A DNA stretch of 64,000 bases. Source: Candidatus Woesearchaeota archaeon. GTDB taxonomy: Archaea; Nanobdellota; Nanobdellia; SCGC-AAA011-G17; PNOQ01. Under the pieces are notes generated by a model. The model was not told where the DNA came from. It did no database searches and saw only the letters and a list, made by a program, of their open reading frames with translations. The stretch is taken from assembly GCA_964344655.1 (NCBI GenBank), contig CAYFOF010000002.1, forward strand, positions 56,768 through 120,767, written 5' to 3'. The position numbers and the translations under genes are program-made. This document shows positions 1 through 9,695 of the stretch, piece by piece (positions within the stretch are counted from its first letter, which is position 1; each line of letters opens with the position of its first letter).

Positions 1-110
1 ACCATTATATGGTGGAGCATTAACACAATATAAATATCATGATTTTGAATTAAGAACAGATAGATTACCAAATGAAACAAGAAATTATCTTGATAAAATA
101 ATGGGAGATA

Positions 111-467
111 ATGATGAAACCAATAACTAAAGGAATACTAACTACATTAGGAATTGCATACTTGGCAGGGACAATTGTAAAAAATGTAGAATTATACAAA
201 GAAAAAATAAACCCTTTAGAACAAGAATTCAGACAAATCTGTGAAGAAGTTATTGAACAACATGGAATTCCCATACCAAAAAGAGTTTTAGAATCAGAAA
301 ACGGACCATTAACAGATATAGTAAACCAAAGAAAACAATTTGTTGAACAGTATGGTGCGAAAGATGGATTTTTATTATTCGAAGAATCTTCTTGGAAATT
401 AAGACCATACGGACCAGAAATAATTAATGGAATTTATTTATGGCACCCATTTCATAAAATAGATTAA
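111..467 (+). CDS. hypothetical protein with N-terminal hydrophobic segment
   Basis: 118-aa ORF with an N-terminal TM-like stretch (GILTTLGIAYLAGTIV). No recognisable motif. Confidence 0.3.
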   Translation: MMKPITKGILTTLGIAYLAGTIVKNVELYKEKINPLEQEFRQICEEVIEQHGIPIPKRVLESENGPLTDIVNQRKQFVEQYGAKDGFLLFEESSWKLRPYGPEIINGIYLWHPFHKID

Positions 468-763
468 TCATCAACAGTAAATAATCTACTATCATGAACA
501 TCAAAAACATTACTTCTTGCACCAGCATCTAACCAACCATGTGCATAATTTAGAGCCGCAAATGCATTCACAAAATCTTTTTTCTCATAAAAATGTTTTG
601 CATCACTAATATATCTAGAAATCATATCAATAAAATCATCAAAATATTCAACATTTGTACCTTTATTCTCTTTTGCTAAATTAAAAGCTTCTTCAGTAAC
701 AGAAAAGTATTTCTTTAGTTTTTCTTCGGTTATATTATTCATAATTATAAAACATTTAATCAA
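464..763 (-). CDS. conserved archaeal small protein, DUF357-like
   Basis: 99-aa ORF. The motif FVNAFAALNYAHGWLDAG resembles a small archaeal helical family, recalled from memory only. Confidence 0.3.
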   Translation of the reverse strand: MIKCFIIMNNITEEKLKKYFSVTEEAFNLAKENKGTNVEYFDDFIDMISRYISDAKHFYEKKDFVNAFAALNYAHGWLDAGARSNVFDVHDSRLFTVDD

Positions 764-814
764 TTTATAAACCTAATCATTTCTACTTAAATTAATAAAT
801 TTTATAAATCAATT

Positions 815-1189
815 ATGATTCACAAAAATAATATGGGAAGATCAAAATCACAATTATATCATGATTATCGAAGAGTATTTTTAAAAGATTCAGAATCAAG
901 AACAATAGCAGATGTATTACAAGACTTAATAAGCACAGAAATAAGAACTATGACCCCAGAAGACATTTCTTTTATTCATAAAACGAAAAAAAATATTCAT
1001 GATAATACTCCAGAACAAATATATTCCCAAAAGCCAGTGGCTATTTATAAAGACGGGACATGTTTTGGTTTAACCAGAAATCAACCCCCCATATGGAATG
1101 CAGAAAATGAAATCTATGAGCTATTTCTACACAGAAACGGCGAAACAACTGGCTATCATGTCGATTTAATCAGAAGTTTAAAATTATAA
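815..1189 (+). CDS. hypothetical protein
   Basis: 124-aa ORF with no recognisable domain. Confidence 0.3.
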   Translation: MIHKNNMGRSKSQLYHDYRRVFLKDSESRTIADVLQDLISTEIRTMTPEDISFIHKTKKNIHDNTPEQIYSQKPVAIYKDGTCFGLTRNQPPIWNAENEIYELFLHRNGETTGYHVDLIRSLKL

Positions 1190-1205
1190 AAAAATAAAGA
1201 AGAAA

Positions 1206-1559
1206 TTATTCTTCTTTTTCTTCCTCAGCTGGTTCTTCGGAAGTTTCTTCTTCCTCAGCAGCAGGCTCTTCTTCAGTAGGAGCATCTTCTTCTCCACCAA
1301 ATTCTTCTACTTTAGTTTCAGCAACTTCTTCGTTTGCTTCTTCTAAATCAGTTCTTTCACTGCCTTTTTGAAGTAATTGTACATTCAAAGCCTGTTTTCC
1401 TTTTTCTGTTTCAGTTGGCTCAAATGAAACTTGATCATTTTCTCTCAAAAATACTCTTTTGTCTAGAGCTGTATGATGTAAAAAATAATCTTCTCCGTCT
1501 TCGCCTTTTACGAATCCGTATCCCTTTCTTATGTTATACCATTTTACTGTTCCTTCCAT
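1206..1559 (-). CDS. cold-shock domain protein with long acidic C-terminal tail
   Basis: The N-terminus GTVKWYNIRKGYGFVKGEDGEDYFLHHTAL matches the CspA-type cold-shock domain (RNP1-like KGYGFV). It is followed by a roughly 45-aa E/A/P-rich tail. Confidence 0.75.
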   Translation of the reverse strand: MEGTVKWYNIRKGYGFVKGEDGEDYFLHHTALDKRVFLRENDQVSFEPTETEKGKQALNVQLLQKGSERTDLEEANEEVAETKVEEFGGEEDAPTEEEPAAEEEETSEEPAEEEKEE

Positions 1560-1688
1560 TTTTTCCTCCTAATACAATATCTGAAAGATTTAACTTCGGT
1601 ATTGTTATGATTTTTTAACATTTAATCTATTTATAAATGTTTGGATGGACAACTACTGAAAATGCAAACTATATTTTTTCTTAGATAA

Positions 1689-2573
1689 ATGATTATAAAG
1701 AAATGCATAATAAAAAACCTAAAGATGGAAAAACCTCAAAATCCAAGAGCAGATGCAATAATTGGTACAACTTTTCCTTGTTTAGATCATGGTTTTATTA
1801 GATTGGTAGACTATATGGGAAATGATGAAGCAATAGTACAAGCAGCAAGAGTAAGTTATGGTGCAGGAACAAAAACAACATCTGAAGATAAAGGACTATT
1901 AAGATACATGTTAAGGCATGGACACAGCTCTCCATTTGAGATGGTAGAATTAAAATTACACGCAAAAGTGCCAATATTTGTGGCAAGACAATGGATAAGA
2001 TATAGAACTGCAAATGTAAATGAGGTAAGTATGAGGTACTCTTTGCCTCCTAAAGAATCATATGTTCCCGAATTAGAAGATGTTAGGGCTCAAAGCTTAA
2101 CAAACAAACAAGGGAGATCAGATGAAGGATTAGATCCAAGAATACAAAATGATGTAAGAAATGCAATAGCAGACCACAATGAAAGATCATCAGAATTGTA
2201 TAAAGTCTTTCAAGGAGAAGATATTGCTAGAGAATTAGCTAGAACAGTAAAACCAGTTGGAACATACACTGAATGGTATTGGAAAAATGATCTTAGAAAT
2301 GTATTCCATTTTTTAAATCAAAGATTAGATACTCATGCTCAAAAAGAAATAAGAGTATACGCCGAAGCAATGTCTGAAATAGTAAAAAATGTTGTTCCAA
2401 CAGCATATGAAGCTTTCGAAGATTATATATTGAATGCGGTTACTTTTTCAGGCCCAGAAATGAATGCGCTAGAAAAGATATTAACAAGAAAAGCAGACCC
2501 AGAAGAAGCAGGGCAAAAACAAGGATTAAAGGGAAGAGAGTTGAGAGAATTTTTAGCCAAATTACCTAAGTAA
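1689..2573 (+). CDS. thyX: flavin-dependent thymidylate synthase ThyX
   Basis: ThyX signature RHGHSSPFE...ARQWIRYRT (RHR...S motif). The true start may be Met13 (MEKPQN). Confidence 0.8.
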   Translation: MIIKKCIIKNLKMEKPQNPRADAIIGTTFPCLDHGFIRLVDYMGNDEAIVQAARVSYGAGTKTTSEDKGLLRYMLRHGHSSPFEMVELKLHAKVPIFVARQWIRYRTANVNEVSMRYSLPPKESYVPELEDVRAQSLTNKQGRSDEGLDPRIQNDVRNAIADHNERSSELYKVFQGEDIARELARTVKPVGTYTEWYWKNDLRNVFHFLNQRLDTHAQKEIRVYAEAMSEIVKNVVPTAYEAFEDYILNAVTFSGPEMNALEKILTRKADPEEAGQKQGLKGRELREFLAKLPK

Positions 2574-3272
2574 AGAACTAACATAACTATAAACCTCATC
2601 AGAAATATCTTCAGGAGTTCTTAAAGATTTAATTGTTCCATCTGGAGCACAATCAATTCTATGCCATCCGATAGGATATAATTCTAACATATCTAAATAA
2701 GCCTCTTCAGCCCTTTTCATATGCCCCGGATTACTCTCATGACCATCTAATACTTCCCCATTTTTTTCAGATCTACGACTTCTAAGTTCCATAGAAACAC
2801 CAAAAGGCATATACAAAAATAATTTTATATTCGGTTCAGGCAATTCTAAAGCATTATATTCTAAATCATCAATCCATTCAAACATTTTCAACCTTTCCCT
2901 ACGATCTTCAATCTTTCCACCTTGATGCCCCATGTTTGACTCCGTCCAACGATCTAAAATAGGAATTGTTCCCTCTTCAACCATGCGTTCAATTCTTGGT
3001 TTAGAAAAATATCTATCTGCAGCATAATACAAACAAGCTAATTTTGGATCAACAGAATCAGACTCCCCAAACATCATAGTTGCATTCTCTCCCAACCCCA
3101 AATCTTTACCCAAATAACACTGGCCAACAATTTTTCCAGTAGGAGTATCATAAGCAGGAATATTTATTCTCTCAGCAGGAATTCCAGCTAAATTTAAACG
3201 ACCTTCTAATAATCTAGATTGAGTTTCTTTTCCAGATCCATCAGTTCCTTCAACAAGAATAATATCTGTCAT
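2562..3272 (-). CDS. tmk: thymidylate kinase
   Basis: P-loop EGTDGSGKETQ and DRW motif (ILDRWTESN) typical of dTMP kinase. The gene is convergent with thyX. Confidence 0.7.
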   Translation of the reverse strand: MTDIILVEGTDGSGKETQSRLLEGRLNLAGIPAERINIPAYDTPTGKIVGQCYLGKDLGLGENATMMFGESDSVDPKLACLYYAADRYFSKPRIERMVEEGTIPILDRWTESNMGHQGGKIEDRRERLKMFEWIDDLEYNALELPEPNIKLFLYMPFGVSMELRSRRSEKNGEVLDGHESNPGHMKRAEEAYLDMLELYPIGWHRIDCAPDGTIKSLRTPEDISDEVYSYVSSLLR

Positions 3273-3512
3273 AAAAACTACAATAATTCAAATATATAAA
3301 AACATTAACAACCTAAAAAATAACTTTTCAAAAATAGGTGTACAAACACAAGGAAGTACCCGAAAGTAAATCCAAGTGAAAGTACGATGCAAATGACAAG
3401 AGAAATTCCGAAGAAAATCCCAAATCAAATGCATAAATTATCTTGAAATTAACATATATAAACCTTTCTTTTTTGCAAAAATTTTAAAAATCTGAGAAAA
3501 AATAAACAAAAT

Positions 3513-4013
3513 ATGAAAAATTTCTTAATCACAATCTTAATAATTCTCTCAATTTTAAATCTAACTTTCTTAATAGAAATTTCAAAAAACGAAGATTTAA
3601 GCAATTTTTACTATAAAGGAGAAGAACTTCCCGAAGAATACACAAACAAAGAAAAAATCCACATGCAAGAAGTTAAAGACTTAGTAAATGCATCATTAAT
3701 ATTTAATTTATTATTATTCTCAACATTTCTAATAAAACAAAAAACAAATACAAAACAAATAGGAAAATATCTAATCTTAACCTCATTATTTTTATTCGTA
3801 GCAGCAATATTCTTCCAAAAATTCTTTCACAATTTCCATTTAATATTTTTCAACGGAGATAATTGGCTTCTTCCAGCATCTTCAAAATTAATACAAACAT
3901 ATCCATTAAGCTACTTTAGAAATATATTCTTAATAATTAACACAATTTATCTAATAATTGGAATTACTCTATACAAAAAACTATACATTTTCTTCCAAAG
4001 AGCTATCAGATAA
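3513..4013 (+). CDS. integral membrane protein
   Basis: 166-aa ORF with several hydrophobic helices. No family recognised. Confidence 0.35.
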   Translation: MKNFLITILIILSILNLTFLIEISKNEDLSNFYYKGEELPEEYTNKEKIHMQEVKDLVNASLIFNLLLFSTFLIKQKTNTKQIGKYLILTSLFLFVAAIFFQKFFHNFHLIFFNGDNWLLPASSKLIQTYPLSYFRNIFLIINTIYLIIGITLYKKLYIFFQRAIR

Positions 4014-4265
4014 ATTTTCTTTTAATCTTTTTTCTAATTCTTTAAAACACATTTCTTGGGATTTCTCAGAAAAATATTTTGATATGAATTCTCCAAATAT
4101 ATAAGTCAAAGAACTGAAAATAATCATAGTATCATCTATCTCACCATTTGTTATTGATTCAACTGCCCCATAGGCTGTTCCAGCGATTCCAGCAATTTTT
4201 AAGGCGCCTGCAGTAAAATATCCAACTGAAACTCCATCATTAAAGTTCATATTATTATATGTCAT
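3981..4265 (-). CDS. hypothetical small protein
   Basis: 94-aa ORF with a Gly/Ala-rich segment (GALKIAGIAGTAYGA). Confidence 0.25.
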   Translation of the reverse strand: MTYNNMNFNDGVSVGYFTAGALKIAGIAGTAYGAVESITNGEIDDTMIIFSSLTYIFGEFISKYFSEKSQEMCFKELEKRLKENLSDSSLEENV

Positions 4266-4295
4266 AAAAAAAGAAACAATAAGTAATTTATAAAT

Positions 4296-5453
4296 TTATC
4301 CTAACTTCTTCAATTTATTCAAAGCTTCGTTCAAAATTTTAATTTCTTCCATTGTATTATACAAATAAAAACTAGCTCTAGCACTTCCCTCAACATTATT
4401 CGCGTTAAACCAAGAATGCATACAATGTTGTCCGCTCCTTATCATTATATTATCAGAAGTATCTAAAATGGTAGCAACTTCATGGAAATTAACTCCAGGA
4501 ACATTAAAATTAACAATTCCACCATTATTTCTTCCAATTAATTTCAAACCAGAAACATCAACAGCCTTTCTTAATTTAATTTCATGTTCTTTTATTTCAT
4601 TCATACCAATCTTAGATAAATATTTAACAGCAGCACCAAGACCAATAATTCCAGAATAATTTTGTAATCCTCCCTCAAATTTATGAGGAATTTTTTCCAT
4701 AACAAAATCATTATATGTACTATTCATTACAGTCTCTCCACCAGTAATAAACTGTTTCATATTATTCAACAATTCTTCTTTCCCATAAAACACTCCAACT
4801 CCAGAAGACCCTAGCATTTTATGTCCAGAAAAAGATAAATAATCTAAATCTAATTTTTTAACATTAATTTCATTATGTGGAACAAATTGAGCACCATCTA
4901 AATGAACTTTAACATTATTTTCATGTGCAATTTTTATTATCTCTTTTATGGGCAAAGTATACCCATCTAAATTAGAAGTTGCAACAAAACTAATCAACTC
5001 ATAATTTTTTACACTCTCAGAAAATCTTTCTAAATTAAAAGTAAAATCCAAATTCGATCTCATAATTCCCTGTTTAAATCTTTGCCATGGAATTAAATTA
5101 GAATTATGTTCTCTATCTGTTAGTAAAACTCTTTCACCATCAAAAGAATTAGCTAATAAATTAATACTCTCAGTAGTATTTTTAGTAAATACGATTTCAC
5201 TCTCTTTCTTTGCACCAATAAAATCTTTAACTAATTTTCTAGCATTATTTACTTCATCATTAACTTTATTTCCAAATTTATGAATACTTCTTCCAGCACA
5301 AGCAGGATATTCATTATAATACTCAACAACTTTATCTACAACTTGTTTAGGTCTCAAAGTCATACAAGCAGAATCAAAATATATTGCTTTTTTCTTCAAT
5401 ACCGGAAAATCCTCTCGAATCTTTTCAACATTCATCACAAGAACAAATAACAA
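4296..5453 (-). CDS. cysteine desulfurase, class V aminotransferase, SufS/NifS-like
   Basis: PLP-lysine motif SFSGHKMLG and active-site region RSGQHCMHS (compare RSGHHCA of SufS). The 385-aa length is typical. The start may be Met7 (MNVEKI). Confidence 0.75.
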   Translation of the reverse strand: MLFVLVMNVEKIREDFPVLKKKAIYFDSACMTLRPKQVVDKVVEYYNEYPACAGRSIHKFGNKVNDEVNNARKLVKDFIGAKKESEIVFTKNTTESINLLANSFDGERVLLTDREHNSNLIPWQRFKQGIMRSNLDFTFNLERFSESVKNYELISFVATSNLDGYTLPIKEIIKIAHENNVKVHLDGAQFVPHNEINVKKLDLDYLSFSGHKMLGSSGVGVFYGKEELLNNMKQFITGGETVMNSTYNDFVMEKIPHKFEGGLQNYSGIIGLGAAVKYLSKIGMNEIKEHEIKLRKAVDVSGLKLIGRNNGGIVNFNVPGVNFHEVATILDTSDNIMIRSGQHCMHSWFNANNVEGSARASFYLYNTMEEIKILNEALNKLKKLG

Positions 5454-5477
5454 TTCATTAATAAAAGTTTTGCATTA

Positions 5478-5837
5478 CTAATCAAACATTAATTGAACTA
5501 ACCCAGAAACTTTTCCACCACTAGCACCATTCTCAAAATCCATATCTTGGATTAAAGCATAATTAACTCCACACTTTTCAGCACGTGAAACAACATAATC
5601 AAAAAATTCTGTTAACCCATCATAAATGGTTGTATCTCCATAGAATTTTATCTCATGTCCAAAAGTTCCACCAAAAAAAGTTAACTCTCTAGCATCAATT
5701 TGAGAATTTCTCCTTAACAAAGAAGAATATCTTTCTGAAAAATAAACTAATTCTTTAGAATTCTCAACAAAACTATCTTCATCAACCTCAACAACATAAT
5801 AATTTCTTTTTTCCCCAGGAACTAAAATATTAACCAT
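5478..5837 (-). CDS. hypothetical protein
   Basis: 119-aa ORF. First gene of a five-gene minus-strand block of unknowns. Confidence 0.3.
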   Translation of the reverse strand: MVNILVPGEKRNYYVVEVDEDSFVENSKELVYFSERYSSLLRRNSQIDARELTFFGGTFGHEIKFYGDTTIYDGLTEFFDYVVSRAEKCGVNYALIQDMDFENGASGGKVSGLVQLMFD

Positions 5838-5869
5838 CGAAAAAAGAGAATTACAAACTAATTATAAAA

Positions 5870-6349
5870 CTATCCTTCACAAGATCCACATTCACATTCT
5901 GTACCACACGTTTCACACATGCCATTCACACATTGAGGGTCTCCACAGTCAACAACTTCATCAGTAACTTCTCCACCTTCACCAGTTAAAATACAGAAAG
6001 GATTATCTCCTTCTTCTCCAGGAGGACCATTACAATTATCATAAACTATAACATTATACAAAGCCTGTCCACTGAAAAATAACGAAACAAAAAACAAGAT
6101 AACAAAAGCCCAAGAAACTACTTCAAAATATTTATGCACTCCTCTCGCTAACTTAGTAGATTTTCCCATTAATTTTCCAACGATTTTACTTTTTACCTTT
6201 ACATCTAAACCAGATTGACATTTTCTTAAAGTAACTCTTCTAAAAACACAATCAAAAGCTTCTTTAGCTAATGGTCGATAACTTGCCGAAAATATTGCAA
6301 GTACACCAAAAACTATCAAGCTTAATAGGCATATCATAAAACAAAACAA
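5870..6349 (-). CDS. membrane protein with Cys-rich C-terminal domain
   Basis: Two hydrophobic helices followed by CGDPQCVNGMCETCGTECECGSCEG. Confidence 0.35.
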   Translation of the reverse strand: MFCFMICLLSLIVFGVLAIFSASYRPLAKEAFDCVFRRVTLRKCQSGLDVKVKSKIVGKLMGKSTKLARGVHKYFEVVSWAFVILFFVSLFFSGQALYNVIVYDNCNGPPGEEGDNPFCILTGEGGEVTDEVVDCGDPQCVNGMCETCGTECECGSCEG

Positions 6350-6380
6350 AAAACTTTACTTTAAAAAGATTTCTGTAGGT

Positions 6381-6782
6381 TCAATCTTTTTTATATACTC
6401 TTTTACGTGTATCTTCAATAGATAATTTTCTAGACTCATCTAAAACTAAATCAGTAAGCCCACCATCTCCATCAATTTCATACACTGGTAAACCCTTCTT
6501 AACTAAAAACTCCGCTTCTTCATAAACACCCGAACTAAACATTCCATCATCAAAAGCTAAAAAAACTCCAGCATTCATTTCAGGTAAAACTTCTTCAAAA
6601 AAATAAGTCATTCCAAATTCTTTATATCCCTCATCATGACACTCTTGATTTGGATTTTCAACATACCATTCTGGAAACCCTCTTTTAATAGAATTAATCA
6701 ATAACGTTTCAAAAGTTGTGTCATAAGTATTAATGGGATGCCCAAAATATACTTTTTTCATAAATACAATAAATAAAAACAA
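6381..6782 (-). CDS. hypothetical protein, possibly nucleoside 2-deoxyribosyltransferase-like fold
   Basis: 133-aa ORF. The pattern YFGHP...GVFLAFDDGMFSSGVYEEAEFLVKKGLPVYEI weakly resembles the NDT/DUF4406 family. Not verifiable here. Confidence 0.25.
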   Translation of the reverse strand: MFLFIVFMKKVYFGHPINTYDTTFETLLINSIKRGFPEWYVENPNQECHDEGYKEFGMTYFFEEVLPEMNAGVFLAFDDGMFSSGVYEEAEFLVKKGLPVYEIDGDGGLTDLVLDESRKLSIEDTRKRVYKKD

Positions 6783-6791
6783 TATATAACG

Positions 6792-7313
6792 TTATCTCGC
6801 TTTAAACCCATACTTAATTTTCCTTATTTCTGGATGTCCTTCTAAATATAAATCACAAAAATGCTCAATAATCTCTCCAAAAGGAACAGGACTAGTAACT
6901 TCAAAAGTGCCAACTCTATCAAAAGTCAATAAACTCTCAATCCCTCCAGTTGTAATAATATTTCCACCTTCTATTTTACAAGGTTTCACCCTATACCCAT
7001 AAGGCAAATGCTGATTAATTATCCTTCTTGTATATTCGTCAAATTCTTTCTTCCTATGCATCATTTTTTCTACTTCCAAAAATTTCGGCAATAAAACTGT
7101 TTCAAACCAAAACTTTCGAGAATCAGCTGAAACATTTGGTATATAAATTAATCGGTTTCCATCAAAAAACAATCTTTCAGTAGAATTCAAGTTTAATTCA
7201 AAATTATGATCAAGAATGTCTGCTAAATCATGAGAATCCCCAGCAAATATATCAATAACATCTCTAAAACTATCATAAATCTCAACACAGTCTTCTTTTA
7301 TTTCATACTTCAT
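6792..7313 (-). CDS. hypothetical protein
   Basis: 173-aa ORF with no motif recognised. Confidence 0.3.
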   Translation of the reverse strand: MKYEIKEDCVEIYDSFRDVIDIFAGDSHDLADILDHNFELNLNSTERLFFDGNRLIYIPNVSADSRKFWFETVLLPKFLEVEKMMHRKKEFDEYTRRIINQHLPYGYRVKPCKIEGGNIITTGGIESLLTFDRVGTFEVTSPVPFGEIIEHFCDLYLEGHPEIRKIKYGFKAR

Positions 7314-7322
7314 AACAATTAA

Positions 7323-7784
7323 CTATTTTAATCCCTTCAAAAAACCCATATAATGTTCATGCAATCTTCCCAAAAACAGTTTTATATGTTCATCACTCAT
7401 CTCAGCGCATTCCCTTTCAAGCAAACTCGTTCTAACTCCATCAACAAAATTAGTTAAATCAGTTTTTCCCAAGGGAGATATTGATAAAGATCCAATAGTA
7501 ATATTATCTAACATAAAAATTAAGTCTTTATGTCTTTCTTCTTCAAATCTAAAAGGTCTATGTGGTGTTGGTCGCCATACTCTATGCATTTCACCAAACA
7601 ATCTATGTAAAGATACAGATCCATATATATTTCTAGCACCAGAGATACGACAATTATATCCTTTCACTGCATAATCAGTTCCCTCATGTCTTACTTCATA
7701 TTCAAAAGTTCTATCAAAATCAACTGGTTTTATTATTTCTGACATAAAAAAGATGAATAATGAATTCTTTAAATATCTTTCCAT
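7323..7784 (-). CDS. hypothetical protein
   Basis: 153-aa ORF with no motif recognised. Confidence 0.3.
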   Translation of the reverse strand: MERYLKNSLFIFFMSEIIKPVDFDRTFEYEVRHEGTDYAVKGYNCRISGARNIYGSVSLHRLFGEMHRVWRPTPHRPFRFEEERHKDLIFMLDNITIGSLSISPLGKTDLTNFVDGVRTSLLERECAEMSDEHIKLFLGRLHEHYMGFLKGLK

Positions 7785-7819
7785 AATAATTATATACTAA
7801 TAACAAACTCAAAAAACAC

Positions 7820-8569
7820 ATGATAGATCCTGTAGCTATAAATCTGGGAACAATCCAAATACGTTGGTATGGAATAATAATGGCTTTTGGATTTCTATTA
7901 GCATATTTCATTTCTCAAAAACTAGCCAAGTATAGAAATATTTCAAAACAAGATATGTCTGATTATTTCATTTACTTCATAATCTCTTCAATAGTTGGAG
8001 CAAGACTTTGGGCAGTAATATTAAACTATCAAAATTACACAAACATATTAGAAATATTTGCCGTTTGGAATGGCGGAATGGCAATCCACGGGGGAATTGC
8101 TGGAGCAGCTCTTGCAACATATTATTTCTCAAAAAAAAGAAATATTCATTTTTATGACATTGCAGATATAATGGTTATCCCAACAGCATTAGGTTTAGCT
8201 TTAGGGAGAATTGGAAATTTCATAAATCAAGAATTTTACGGCAAACCAACTTCATTACCGTGGGGAGTATACTTCGATAACATTGAAGGAAAAAGACATC
8301 CCTCACAAATTTATGAATCTCTAAAAAATTTATTAATTTTTGGAATAACCTTAAAACTATTCTTATTTAAGAAATTAAAAAGAGGAACAATATTTTGGAC
8401 ATTTATTTTATTATATTCATTACTAAGATTTTCTGTAGAATTTTTCAAAGACATGCCAACATTCCTAAACTTAACTTATGGACAAATAATCTCAATACCG
8501 TTAATTATAATTTCAATAATAATGTTAAAAAGAATAGCAAATCCTACGCAACATTTAAATAACAATTAA
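7820..8569 (+). CDS. lgt: prolipoprotein diacylglyceryl transferase (Lgt)
   Basis: Lgt signature GLALGRIGNFINQEFYGKPTSLPWGVYFD and RHPSQIYE, matching E. coli Lgt GRIGNFINGELWGR and HPSQLYE. The protein has multiple TM helices and is 249 aa. Confidence 0.8.
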   Translation: MIDPVAINLGTIQIRWYGIIMAFGFLLAYFISQKLAKYRNISKQDMSDYFIYFIISSIVGARLWAVILNYQNYTNILEIFAVWNGGMAIHGGIAGAALATYYFSKKRNIHFYDIADIMVIPTALGLALGRIGNFINQEFYGKPTSLPWGVYFDNIEGKRHPSQIYESLKNLLIFGITLKLFLFKKLKRGTIFWTFILLYSLLRFSVEFFKDMPTFLNLTYGQIISIPLIIISIIMLKRIANPTQHLNNN

Positions 8570-8608
8570 CAATAACTAAAATATTCTAATTATACGGAGG
8601 GATAAAAT

Positions 8609-9640
8609 TTGGAAGAAAACATGAACATAGAAAATAAACAAGAAGAAAATGTTCCAGTTACTAAAACTACTAAAAAAAACAATTGGAAAATAGCTAGTTT
8701 CATACTAGGAATTCTACTTGTAGTTAGCATCATTTCAAATACAGGATTATTATCGATTTCTGGAAATGCTGCAGCAGTTGATGCTGTTGAGTTCATAAAC
8801 AATCAAATGTTACAAGGACAAACAACAGCAACATTAGAAGACGTAACCAAAGAAAGTGGGTTAATAAAAGCAACAATTAATGTCGAAGGACAACAAACAC
8901 CAATTTATCTATCAAACGATGGAAAATTAATGTTCTTACAGGCCGTTCCAATTACGGGAGCAACAACAGCGACACCAACACAAAATTCTCCACAACCAGT
9001 AGATGTTCCAAAATCAGATAAACCGGTTGTAGACTTATTCGTAATGTCTCACTGTCCATACGGAACTCAAATGGAAAAAGGAATTTTACCTGTTGTTAAA
9101 GTTTTACAAGACGATATTGATTTCAATTTGAAATTTGTTTACTATGCAATGCATCCAACTCAAGGTGAAGTTGAAGAACAATTAAACCAATACTGTATTC
9201 AAAAAGAACAAGAAGATAAATTACTAGATTATCTATACTGTTTCCTTGAAGACGGTGACGGAGAAAGATGTTTAACAGAAACAAATATCGACACCGCAAA
9301 ATTAAAAACTTGCTATGAAAGCGCAGATGCAGAATTTGAAATAACTAAAAACCTAGAAGATAAATCTTTATGGTTAAATGGAAGATTCCCATTATTTAAC
9401 ACTGATAAATCAGACAATGAAAAATACAGTGTGGGTGGATCCCCAACATTAGTTATTAATGGAAAAACTGCAAGTTCTGGAAGAGACTCTGTCTCTCTAC
9501 TAAGCACAATTTGTGGAGCATTCAACGATGCACCAGAAGCTTGTACAATAACTGAATTCGAAGCTGGTTCTCCAGCACCAGGATTTGGATGGAGTACAAC
9601 TGCACAAGCAAATAGCGCAGCCGCTGGCTGTGGCTATTAA
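8609..9640 (+). CDS. secreted/membrane-anchored thioredoxin-fold (DsbA-like) protein
   Basis: N-terminal TM anchor. It carries SHCPYG (a monothiol variant of CPYC) and a later GGSPTLVINGK motif typical of the DsbA/thioredoxin fold. The C-terminal half is Cys-rich. Confidence 0.45.
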   Translation: MEENMNIENKQEENVPVTKTTKKNNWKIASFILGILLVVSIISNTGLLSISGNAAAVDAVEFINNQMLQGQTTATLEDVTKESGLIKATINVEGQQTPIYLSNDGKLMFLQAVPITGATTATPTQNSPQPVDVPKSDKPVVDLFVMSHCPYGTQMEKGILPVVKVLQDDIDFNLKFVYYAMHPTQGEVEEQLNQYCIQKEQEDKLLDYLYCFLEDGDGERCLTETNIDTAKLKTCYESADAEFEITKNLEDKSLWLNGRFPLFNTDKSDNEKYSVGGSPTLVINGKTASSGRDSVSLLSTICGAFNDAPEACTITEFEAGSPAPGFGWSTTAQANSAAAGCGY

Positions 9641-9658
9641 TTTTTTTCTTTTTTTAGT
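9641..9658 (+). terminator. oligo-T archaeal terminator
   Basis: The run tttttttctttttttag lies immediately after the stop codon. Confidence 0.4.
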
Positions 9659-9661
9659 TAA

Positions 9662-9670
9662 TTTTATAAA
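9662..9670 (+). promoter_or_regulatory. TATA box (TTTTATAAA) about 27 nt upstream of tRNA-Tyr
   Basis: Archaeal box-A consensus at the expected distance. Confidence 0.5.
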
Positions 9671-9695
9671 TAATATATAGTCTATTCTAATCAAT

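Noticed and set aside
3273-3512. 240-bp intergenic gap after tmk as a possible small RNA or missed gene
   Set aside because: It is AT-rich and A-tract dominated. It has no ORF longer than 30 aa with a start context and no conserved structure.
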